The notes under the pieces: model-generated
Told to the model about the DNA's origin: nothing
Seen by the model: the letters and a program-made list of their open reading frames with translations, nothing else
Database searches by the model: none
From: a virus
Lineage: Duplodnaviria > Caudoviricetes
IMG/VR virus record: IMGVR_UViG_3300028581_000047
Location: 1-59,039 of that record
Strand: one strand, 5' to 3'
Length of the DNA stretch: 59,039 bases
In this document: positions 37,246 to 45,622 of the stretch, piece after piece
Numbering within the stretch: position 1 is the first letter of the stretch
Layout: each line of letters opens with the position of its first letter
Program-made: the position numbers and the translations under genes

Positions 37246-37782
37246 CTAATTCCAAAATTGAAAAGCGTCATTTGACGCATAATTACCCAGGAGACCTGAG
37301 AAGTTTTTAAATCCTGGAGAACCCAGGAGACCTGAGAAGTTTTTAAATACTGGAGAACCCAGCATATTTTTCGTAAAACCTAAACTGGGAAATCTAACAC
37401 TAGAATACTCATTCCCACCGTTAAATGAATACCGATAAGAACTAAGTTTGACAGTCTTGGTTCCTGAATACTCATTCCCACCGTTAAATGAATACCGATA
37501 AGAACTAAGTCCGACAGTCTTGACACCACAAAAATAAGGCACTCTGGCTATTCTTACGGAAGAGCTAATTCTGACAGCTTTAACTCCTGAATAGTTATTT
37601 CCCCCGTTCTTTGTGGAAGGGGTATAGCCGATTTTAGGGGCCGAAACCCCTAAAAATGTCCTTGATCGAACAGCTTTAACTCCTAAGTAGCCGTTTCCCC
37701 CGTTCTTTGTAGAAGGTACAGAACTAAGTCTTGTTGCGCCCAGACCAGAACAAGATAATTCAATGTATATTAGAGCTATCAT
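37246..37782 (-). CDS. low-complexity protein made of three internal repeat pairs
   Basis: PSTKNGGNxYxGVKAVR x2, LSSYRYSFNGGNEYS x2, FKNFSGLLG x2; probable start MIALIY. Confidence 0.55.
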   Translation of the reverse strand: MIALIYIELSCSGLGATRLSSVPSTKNGGNGYLGVKAVRSRTFLGVSAPKIGYTPSTKNGGNNYSGVKAVRISSSVRIARVPYFCGVKTVGLSSYRYSFNGGNEYSGTKTVKLSSYRYSFNGGNEYSSVRFPSLGFTKNMLGSPVFKNFSGLLGSPGFKNFSGLLGNYASNDAFQFWN

Positions 37783-39824
37783 GCTACTAGCGTCGCCTGT
37801 CCTAATTGAACGGTTGGTAAATTCCATTCACCGTTAATCTTCGTCCAAATTCTAATACCAGAATCCATACTAGAAATAATTTTTGCACCATCAGACCAGA
37901 ATGCACAAGCTGAATTACTGTTTCCCATATTCCCCCCAGTTAAATCAGCCCACGTTGTGCCTGTGTTCAGCGAGCCTGTTACGGTATTTCCGAGTGAAAC
38001 AGCGAAGCAAGAAAATGCGTTGGCAGCAGTATTTCTAAGAAGCGTGAACATTACGCCATTTATCTCAATAGAAGTCATCTTGTATGGAACTATACCTATT
38101 GAACCAGGGGATGTTACATTCAAAGCAAAAGTTGCTTGAGCGGTAAAATAGGGCAAATTGACTTGTGTGTTCTGCACGCTAGTTGCTGATTGCAGTTGAG
38201 AAACAATAAGAGTGGAGTTATCAATCAAACTCAAGCCTACTTGCCATGTTACATACGCTAATGCAAGGTAACTAATAGTGCCTGATGCAGATATTTTAAT
38301 TAACTTGAAGTTTGCTGCTGTTGCTACCACAGGAGCAAAATAAACATTACCTTTGTCGTCTACCACGGACTCAATGATTCTAGCCGTCGCTTCTGTAAAG
38401 GTTGACAAAATAGCAACACCGTCCGTGAAATCGCCTTCAATGCCAGATTCAAGCGCAAAAGGAGATTTAACGATGCGATACAATGTTTGTGTGGCACTTG
38501 CGCCATAAGAGGCACAAACTATCGTATCTGTAGATAGAGATAGTGTTTGCAAGCCGCCAGATATAGCCAAACTGGTTAGACTATCATCTACAACGTTTAA
38601 TCTTGTTAAGCCCAAAGAAGTTGTGATATACACATACTCTTCGCCGTCATATTTCAAGTCATACAGAGTTGGCGAACCTTGTAGCGCAATATCTGTACTC
38701 GCTGTCGTGAAGGCACTAATCTTTACAAGTTTTGAGCCACCTTGAGTAATAAGATAATAGTTTGCACCAGCAATTACCAACTGTTCTGGACGCAAACCAT
38801 TGCTTGCAACCACGTCTATTTTTATCCATGAAGTATTGGCAAACATGGATGAAATCGTATTTGCTTGGGGCTTGTGATGAACGTTCAATAACCAATGGTC
38901 TTTCAATGTACCTGCATTTGAAAAGTTTCCATCCGAATCCACCGAAAGTTTAATCTTGTTCATGTTGCCACCAGATGGGGCTAACATTTTTAAGCCATAA
39001 ATTTGACCATAGTTCGTCACAGTCCCAACGTAATCAATAACTGGTTTAATTGGAAGCACAAGTCGTCTACTTGTGTCCCAGTTGGAGTAAGCAAACTTAT
39101 TTGAAACATTGGACAAATAATAGGGCATAGACACAGCGGAGGTGGCGAGCCAATGTGGAATCTGAGTAACGCCATAGTCGCCAGCCATGCCTTTGGCTGC
39201 GTTTACTCCAGTAAGTCCTACTCTTGTTCTGGGAATAGAAATTAAAGTATGGTCGTAGCCAGCCAATGGTTTCGTAGCATTGGAAGATGCGCCAATCATC
39301 CACAAATTGGAACTAATCCAACCAAAACAAGGGAATCCAGCAGCACCTGTATCAACAGGGTCTTCGCGCTGCATTTCAAAAACACCCGCCCACATTGAAG
39401 GCTCACCGTTTAAGAAGGTGGTGAAGTTTACCCAGCGCGGATGTACCATAATAATCAAATCGCAGGCGGAGAGGTTGTATCCAATCGGCGCACAATTAAA
39501 GAATGTGTAGCACTCATTTGTTGGTGTGTGTGTTGTGGCATTCCAATCTTCGCAACAAGAAGTGTTTAACTCTTGATGCGCCGTGTCCCAACGCAAGATT
39601 GCATATTTATATGTGATGGCATCAACATTCAAGGCTTTAAAAACCTGCGTAAACACCATGCCAGATTTAAAAGAATCATGTAGTAGCCAACCTGTGCTAA
39701 TTACAGGATTGAGGCCTAGCATTGCGGCAGCAACGGCATTGGTGAGATTTATTAGCGTGTTGCCTAAGCCACTCGTGGTAATCTGAACAGTGTTGTCAGC
39801 AATTTTTGTAACCGAAATAGTCAT
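37779..39824 (-). CDS. putative virion/receptor-binding protein (beta-rich, propeller-like C-terminus)
   Basis: 681 aa, S/T/N-rich, in tail cluster. Confidence 0.55.
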   Translation of the reverse strand: MTISVTKIADNTVQITTSGLGNTLINLTNAVAAAMLGLNPVISTGWLLHDSFKSGMVFTQVFKALNVDAITYKYAILRWDTAHQELNTSCCEDWNATTHTPTNECYTFFNCAPIGYNLSACDLIIMVHPRWVNFTTFLNGEPSMWAGVFEMQREDPVDTGAAGFPCFGWISSNLWMIGASSNATKPLAGYDHTLISIPRTRVGLTGVNAAKGMAGDYGVTQIPHWLATSAVSMPYYLSNVSNKFAYSNWDTSRRLVLPIKPVIDYVGTVTNYGQIYGLKMLAPSGGNMNKIKLSVDSDGNFSNAGTLKDHWLLNVHHKPQANTISSMFANTSWIKIDVVASNGLRPEQLVIAGANYYLITQGGSKLVKISAFTTASTDIALQGSPTLYDLKYDGEEYVYITTSLGLTRLNVVDDSLTSLAISGGLQTLSLSTDTIVCASYGASATQTLYRIVKSPFALESGIEGDFTDGVAILSTFTEATARIIESVVDDKGNVYFAPVVATAANFKLIKISASGTISYLALAYVTWQVGLSLIDNSTLIVSQLQSATSVQNTQVNLPYFTAQATFALNVTSPGSIGIVPYKMTSIEINGVMFTLLRNTAANAFSCFAVSLGNTVTGSLNTGTTWADLTGGNMGNSNSACAFWSDGAKIISSMDSGIRIWTKINGEWNLPTVQLGQATLVA

Positions 39825-39831
39825 ATTTTTC

Positions 39832-40347
39832 TCATTGATAGTTAAGAACTAAGGATAGGTCTGACCCGCTAATCGCATCAACATCTACGGTTAGATAATC
39901 AGAAGTAGATACAGCAAAAGATAAATCCCCCAAGTAGCTTGTGAAATTATTAGGTTCCAAAGTAATTGAGGCTAAAAAAATTCCATTAGAATTAACTTTA
40001 ACGCTTATGGGGGATGTCGATACGTTGCTTACTTGACAGTGTAGCGATGTTATTATTACGTTTGCCTCTGGGTACCATTTAACCTTTCCTGGTTTTGAAT
40101 TTAACTTTCCAATCCAGTTAAATGTTTTTATTCTGTAGGTTGTCCCAGTATCGCCTTTCAGCCCTTTCTCTGCCAGTAACTCCCAATGAGCCAAATCAAG
40201 ACTCGGTACGGTTGTCCCTACGCCTGAGATTGTGCGGATATAACTAGAGCCGTTGTGGCTGACTATATCGAGTTCTTTATAGCTTGTGTTTGAAGCCCAC
40301 ACGCCCTTCGGCACAGGTCTTATTCTGCCTAGATTTGTTATTGTCAT
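39832..40347 (-). CDS. fiber-associated protein with carbohydrate-binding-like motif
   Basis: KGVWASNTSYKELDIVSHNGSSY...W.LLAEKG.KGD motif. Confidence 0.6.
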   Translation of the reverse strand: MTITNLGRIRPVPKGVWASNTSYKELDIVSHNGSSYIRTISGVGTTVPSLDLAHWELLAEKGLKGDTGTTYRIKTFNWIGKLNSKPGKVKWYPEANVIITSLHCQVSNVSTSPISVKVNSNGIFLASITLEPNNFTSYLGDLSFAVSTSDYLTVDVDAISGSDLSLVLNYQ

Positions 40348-40565
40348 ATTGTCTCGAAACTCACTATAAATTCTCCATCCACTAGAGAGGGGGTCATGGA
40401 AGACAAGTGGGACACAACAAGTTCGCCGTCATTCAGACTAAAATTTGCCACCATGGCGACTGTCGTTCCTGAACCCGAACCTTCCGACGCTCCGATAATT
40501 GTATCTGTGTCGGAGAGTTCTTTTATTTGCCCATTTATCTGAACTAACGGCCTTCTAACTGCCAT
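40344..40565 (-). CDS. small virion structural protein
   Basis: MAVRRPLVQINGQIKEL N-terminus typical of fiber-associated proteins. Confidence 0.55.
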   Translation of the reverse strand: MAVRRPLVQINGQIKELSDTDTIIGASEGSGSGTTVAMVANFSLNDGELVVSHLSSMTPSLVDGEFIVSFETI

Positions 40566-41071
40566 TACGCCAGCTCAATAGGGTCTTTGAACTCCACATT
40601 GACACTTGTTGCGTCAGTAGAAACGCCAATACGCTGAACTATGTTTCCCGTCGAGCTTGGTGGTGTTGAAGTAAACCCACCAGCAGTTGTAGACAGAAAT
40701 AGGTTCCCAACAGTTGCGCCTGATACAGCAGTATTGTTACCTTCAAAATAAACCAAAGCAGAAGTACCCGAAGAAAATGCCGACAAGACAAAACCGTGCG
40801 CTTCTTTTCCAGCTGTAGTTGCATCAGCCTTTCTTACATTTGCAGTTCCTGCATTGTTCCAGACGTTTACAAAGTTGCCAGCAGACAGGTTTTCACTTGC
40901 CAAAACAGACTTAATATCTGCACCGATACCGACAGGCATAAAAGATTGGTCAACCCTACCAGAAGCGTCCGTCACTACCACCTTGCCTGAGTCGGAAGCC
41001 CCCAATGAAGCCTGAATACCTGCCGCGACAGATTTGAATACGCCGCCCACCAACGTTACGAATTGTTGCAT
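40565..41071 (-). CDS. virion structural protein
   Basis: ASENLSAGNFVNVW...VRKADA...KEAHGFVL motif. Confidence 0.65.
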   Translation of the reverse strand: MQQFVTLVGGVFKSVAAGIQASLGASDSGKVVVTDASGRVDQSFMPVGIGADIKSVLASENLSAGNFVNVWNNAGTANVRKADATTAGKEAHGFVLSAFSSGTSALVYFEGNNTAVSGATVGNLFLSTTAGGFTSTPPSSTGNIVQRIGVSTDATSVNVEFKDPIELA

Positions 41072-41073
41072 GA

Positions 41074-41535
41074 TTACTCCAAAGTTATTGGTTGAGAAAT
41101 TGAAATGATTATTGAGTCTGTCGAAGAAGCCACACCAAGTTGTTGATGCACGCCAGACGTGACAGGTACTTGGGTTATAAGCCCGTTCAGCCCAAGGTAA
41201 ATGGGTAGTCCAGGTAGTAGGGCGTAGAAACCATTTAAAGTACCTTCAGAAATAATTTTTATTAGGCTACCCAAAGTGGCTGATTGGAATGTAAATCCTA
41301 CCACCTTCCCAGAATCCAAAGTATTAGAGCTATCAGCATAGTTACACCCTGTTGAAGTCACTTTCACTACCCGTTGGCTTCCTATATCTACATCTGCAAG
41401 CAGAGAAAGATTGCCAGGAATAAAAACCCCTGGAGGGCCTTGAATACCTGAGGCTACTATGACTTCATGTATGTTAACAACAGGAAAAGTAGCCTGATTA
41501 GGCTGTGCAGAAATAATGAAGTTTTGAGAGTTCAT
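41074..41535 (-). CDS. virion structural protein
   Basis: YAD...VVGF...PIYLGLNGLITQVP motif; related in pattern to 40565. Confidence 0.6.
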   Translation of the reverse strand: MNSQNFIISAQPNQATFPVVNIHEVIVASGIQGPPGVFIPGNLSLLADVDIGSQRVVKVTSTGCNYADSSNTLDSGKVVGFTFQSATLGSLIKIISEGTLNGFYALLPGLPIYLGLNGLITQVPVTSGVHQQLGVASSTDSIIISISQPITLE

Positions 41536-41936
41536 CGAACGATCTCAACAACAGGTTCTAAAATGCCTGTCACCAAAGTAGTGGTGATACCCGAGGGTGA
41601 AGTGACTTCAACGCCAAACACAGCTGTTTTGCAGGTAAGAGTTGAGGTAACTTCTTTTGGAACGTTTAGCTGTACGCCTTGCGCTCCAACAACAATTCCG
41701 TCAGGTGTTTCTGCATTGGCAGTGACAATGGTTAAACCACCATTGCCTGTTGTCAAGTCCCAGCCAGGAAGCACGTCCTCACTCAAGGGTGACAATCTTG
41801 CTTGTGCGTGGGCAGTGAACCCTGTCATATCAATAACAGAATTGTCTTTTCCGAGGTAAAAGAAGATGGGGTTCAGTGTTGAACCCTTACTAAACTTTAC
41901 AGTGATAGCGGGTGGTCTAAGGTCTAATACTTGCAT
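41532..41936 (-). CDS. BppU-like/virion adaptor protein
   Basis: IDMTGFTAHAQAR...GVEVTSPSG...LVTG motif. Confidence 0.6.
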   Translation of the reverse strand: MQVLDLRPPAITVKFSKGSTLNPIFFYLGKDNSVIDMTGFTAHAQARLSPLSEDVLPGWDLTTGNGGLTIVTANAETPDGIVVGAQGVQLNVPKEVTSTLTCKTAVFGVEVTSPSGITTTLVTGILEPVVEIVR

Positions 41937-41958
41937 CGTGACTCCTAAAATTTAGCCC

Positions 41959-41988
41959 ATTATACCAGACTTACAGGGTAGTTGACAA
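41959..41988 (-). promoter_or_regulatory. sigma70-like promoter for the 37.0-41.9 kb block
   Basis: - strand TTGTCA-N18-TATAAT with extended TG, followed by AGGAG RBS. Confidence 0.6.
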
Positions 41989-41995
41989 ACTGCCC

Positions 41996-44900
41996 TTAAC
42001 TTGTTGTGGTGAAATAAACGGCGGTTGAGGTAGGGCTTGAACCTGCCGCATTGGTTGCCCACATTACAACCTTATGTTGCTGGTTACTGGAGAGCGATCC
42101 TCTATAAAATGAGGATACCGAAGTCTGAGAGTCTGTCCATGTCCGTGTAGCATCCGATGTGTCAGTGATGGTGATGTGATAATCCGCAACAGGTCCTCCA
42201 GAAGTAGACGCGCTAAATTGGATAAAGGCAAAACTCGACCCAATATAAAACGCGGATATGCCCGTGGGTGTGCCAGGCGCACTTAGATTGCTTAACGTTA
42301 CGGGCGCAGAATCAGCCGTGTGTCCATTTTTTCCTATCGCTCTAACCATATAGCTGTGAGTTGCATTAGCCCCATCATGGTTGTAGGAGTAACCACCATG
42401 ACCAACTGTTGTGTATATCAGACTGCCATCGCTATATATTTCATAGTGGTCGGTTCCCGCCGCGTTTGCTTGGTTTGACCATGCAACGACTATATATGTA
42501 CGACCAGGATAAAGCGTAGTAGCTATTACGGTGTTTGACGGGTCAGTATAAACCGTTATCGACACGGAAGTGGCAGAATCATAAATATAACTTGAAGTTT
42601 GCGAGTTATATTTGCCTGTCGTAACCGAAATGGTGTGACCTGAACCCACCGCAAAGGCTGTAACGGGAGTTAAATGGTTTGTATTAGAGGAATCCTGAGA
42701 TACCAGAGTGCCATCAAAATATACTTTATAAAAAGAGCCTGTAATCACAGTATCCCAGAATGCACCTAAGCGCGTATCTGAACACATCCATTGACGTAAA
42801 TTATTTAATTTTGGGTCAAGACTGGTTAGGGTTATAGCCTCGGAATCTGAATAGTTTCCATTTTTTCCTATAGCTCTAACTTTATACTCATGAGTGCTTA
42901 GAGGGAGTGCATCACTATAATTCGTCACAAGTGCTGTATAAATTAAAGAACCATCTCGGTACAACTCATAAGTCTGTGTTCCAACCGCACTACCATTCGC
43001 ACTCCAACTAACATAAATGGAAGACAATCCAGTTGAATTGGAGGTTCCCATAGTAGGCTTAGGGGGGTCAGTGTACACCACCAGCGATGCAGCCCCCGCA
43101 CTGTCATAAACAAACGACGAAACAGAAGGGTCATACCTACCAGCAGTGATGCCGTAAGTGTGAGACGTACCTGCGGTCAGGTTTTGAGCGGAGTCAGTAT
43201 AGCCCGTGGTTGGGCTTGTTGTTGATACTACCGTGCCGTCGAAGATTACTTTGAATACGGCACCGCTATAAGCACAGTCCCACCATAATCCAACCTGATT
43301 TTTGCTGGCTAAGTAGCTTCTCAAGTTGACAGCCGCCAAAGCAGTCGTTTGGTAATAGTTATCCGACTGAGTTGACGTGCCGTCTAAAGCCTTTGCCACA
43401 ACGTATATGCAGTATTCGGTACTCGCAGCTAAAGAGCTAAAATCACATGTTCTTGCAGTTCCTGCCGAGTAATACAAAGCCCAACTGATATAGAAGTCAT
43501 AAGTTACCGCACCCGTTCCAGCAGTTTGTACATTTGAACAGCTTATCGCAATAACGTCGATAGCTTTCGAGACTAAGGATATAACAGGTTTGGCAGGAGC
43601 ATCGCTCTTGGTGAAAAACTTCGTCCCGTTAGAGTCTGCATACTCCGAAATGGAATTATAGCTTCGCACATAGTAATTTATTTCCGTGCTTTGGGCATAC
43701 CCCGTAACAGCATAAGGACTTGTTTGTAGCCCTTTGTCTACATTGTTGATAAATACCCTGGTAGTGACAGTCCCAAAAGTGTTCCAAGAAAGTGTAAATG
43801 TTGTTTTATCAATCGCCGATGAAGATACATTAGCTGCTGGCGAAGGGGCTAGCACAACCGTCACCACATTCGAGAACGTTTCCCCATTATCGTGAGAGCG
43901 CGAAACTTTAACATCATAACTCGTTGCAGCCGACAACCCATACTTGGATATGCTGCCAGTTGAAGTGACTGAAGAATCATAAACGCCGCCAACATAGAGC
44001 TTAAACGTGTTAGACGCAACACCTGTATAGTTGGCAGTAATGCTGTTAGCTGCCTTTGCTACGGTTATCGTAAATGCAGGATAAAGCGTCCACGCTTCTC
44101 TAAGAATGAAATAACTTGATAGGGCGTAGACACCAACAGTAGTTTCTTTTGCGGCTGCTATAGTAAGTTGATATTTGGTATCAGCTGTTAGCCCTGTCAT
44201 GGTAACTACTTTAGGGTCTGCTGTGCCAACACGGTTAATTAACGCCCAACCAGACATACTTATTGTAGTTTCTGACGCAGGTGAGGCGGGTATGGCAGTA
44301 GACACAACGCCATCTTTTTTGACAAAATAATGTGTAGCTTCTGGCAATCTTGAGAAATTTAAATCCACCGTCGTCTGCGTAAAATTAGACAACCAGAAAT
44401 TAGAAATCTGTGACGGAGAAGTCCACCCCGTAACGGTACTCGAATAAGCCGCCTCACCTCGTTCATTGACAGCCTGAACAGAATAGACGTAACTTTTTGC
44501 TTGGGTAAGCCCTGTGTCTGTGTATTGCCCTGTAAGTCCAGAAATTATTACATTGTCACGTTTTAGATTATAAGTTGTTGCACCAGCCGAAGCTCCCCAT
44601 GAAACAGTAATGCTTGTTGCTGTTGCAGAGATAATATACGGGGCAGGTGTTACTACAGCAGGCAGTGCAGGCAAAGATAACCCAGATTGATTGATTGTCG
44701 CTGAATCCGCATTGCCTGTCTGCGTAAAGTAAGCATACATCGTTGCTGATACAGCATCACCACTTACCGCCTTAGAAATTACTACAGAATTAGAATTCGG
44801 AGAGATGTTGATGTTTGTCCAAGTAACACCGTCATATCCGTACCTTGCTCCAACCGTAATAGAGTTTGGATTATGTATTGTAAAATCAATAGAATTTACT

Positions 44901-45622
44901 TTCTTGACAAAAGCTATCGTTGGGCTTTGCAATATAGCCAACGACGTACCCTCAAGAAAAGCTGTAGAGGAATTAACTCGACCTGTTGCCGTGCTGTACA
45001 CAAATAAAGTAACTTTTGCGGCACTACCTACCGCAGGACGTGTAGCAGTAGCCGTGGAGTTTGCGCCAATCGTTACGCTTGTCCAAGTGACATTATCTAT
45101 CGAGTGTTTTGCTATTATGCTAAAAGAGTTGTTGTTATGAATTATAAAGTTGACAAAATCCTTCCCACTAACGAAGGTAATGGCGGGTGTAGGGACTTTA
45201 AACCAGGTCGTAGCCCCAAATATAGAGGGTAGCGAGTTTCGGTACCCTGACGTAGTTGTTTTAGCCGTGACCAAAATGTCGTAATTTGTGCCTGGATCTA
45301 AATTCGTAGGGCTTGTAAAAGTCCTTGTCGTCTGATTGGTAGCAGTTCCACCATTAAACGATACATCATAAGACGTTGCGACGGGAACAACCCCCCAAGC
45401 GTATGTAACATAATTACTATACCCCACCCCAGACAACACTGGAGTAGCCAGGGATATTAACGAAGATGTACTGTACCCTTGACTAAGACTGATAGCCCCA
45501 GAAACCCAATTAAACAAACTTTTAACTGCGGGATAGTCCAGACCAATCTCAGCACTGGATGCCAAACCCAACTCAACATTCACATCCGATAACGCTATTT
45601 TACCGCTACTTTGCAAGGTCAT
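41996..45622 (-). CDS. large fibronectin type III repeat protein, putative tail-fiber adhesin
   Basis: N-terminal MTLQSSGKIALSDVNVELG; roughly ten or more FN3-like units (SW...Y...L...Y.Y.V.A). Confidence 0.7.
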   Translation of the reverse strand: MTLQSSGKIALSDVNVELGLASSAEIGLDYPAVKSLFNWVSGAISLSQGYSTSSLISLATPVLSGVGYSNYVTYAWGVVPVATSYDVSFNGGTATNQTTRTFTSPTNLDPGTNYDILVTAKTTTSGYRNSLPSIFGATTWFKVPTPAITFVSGKDFVNFIIHNNNSFSIIAKHSIDNVTWTSVTIGANSTATATRPAVGSAAKVTLFVYSTATGRVNSSTAFLEGTSLAILQSPTIAFVKKVNSIDFTIHNPNSITVGARYGYDGVTWTNINISPNSNSVVISKAVSGDAVSATMYAYFTQTGNADSATINQSGLSLPALPAVVTPAPYIISATATSITVSWGASAGATTYNLKRDNVIISGLTGQYTDTGLTQAKSYVYSVQAVNERGEAAYSSTVTGWTSPSQISNFWLSNFTQTTVDLNFSRLPEATHYFVKKDGVVSTAIPASPASETTISMSGWALINRVGTADPKVVTMTGLTADTKYQLTIAAAKETTVGVYALSSYFILREAWTLYPAFTITVAKAANSITANYTGVASNTFKLYVGGVYDSSVTSTGSISKYGLSAATSYDVKVSRSHDNGETFSNVVTVVLAPSPAANVSSSAIDKTTFTLSWNTFGTVTTRVFINNVDKGLQTSPYAVTGYAQSTEINYYVRSYNSISEYADSNGTKFFTKSDAPAKPVISLVSKAIDVIAISCSNVQTAGTGAVTYDFYISWALYYSAGTARTCDFSSLAASTEYCIYVVAKALDGTSTQSDNYYQTTALAAVNLRSYLASKNQVGLWWDCAYSGAVFKVIFDGTVVSTTSPTTGYTDSAQNLTAGTSHTYGITAGRYDPSVSSFVYDSAGAASLVVYTDPPKPTMGTSNSTGLSSIYVSWSANGSAVGTQTYELYRDGSLIYTALVTNYSDALPLSTHEYKVRAIGKNGNYSDSEAITLTSLDPKLNNLRQWMCSDTRLGAFWDTVITGSFYKVYFDGTLVSQDSSNTNHLTPVTAFAVGSGHTISVTTGKYNSQTSSYIYDSATSVSITVYTDPSNTVIATTLYPGRTYIVVAWSNQANAAGTDHYEIYSDGSLIYTTVGHGGYSYNHDGANATHSYMVRAIGKNGHTADSAPVTLSNLSAPGTPTGISAFYIGSSFAFIQFSASTSGGPVADYHITITDTSDATRTWTDSQTSVSSFYRGSLSSNQQHKVVMWATNAAGSSPTSTAVYFTTTS

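Noticed and set aside
37246-37782. Diversity-generating retroelement template/variable repeats
   Set aside because: Repeats are short, adjacent and in frame, and no reverse transcriptase is present in the window.
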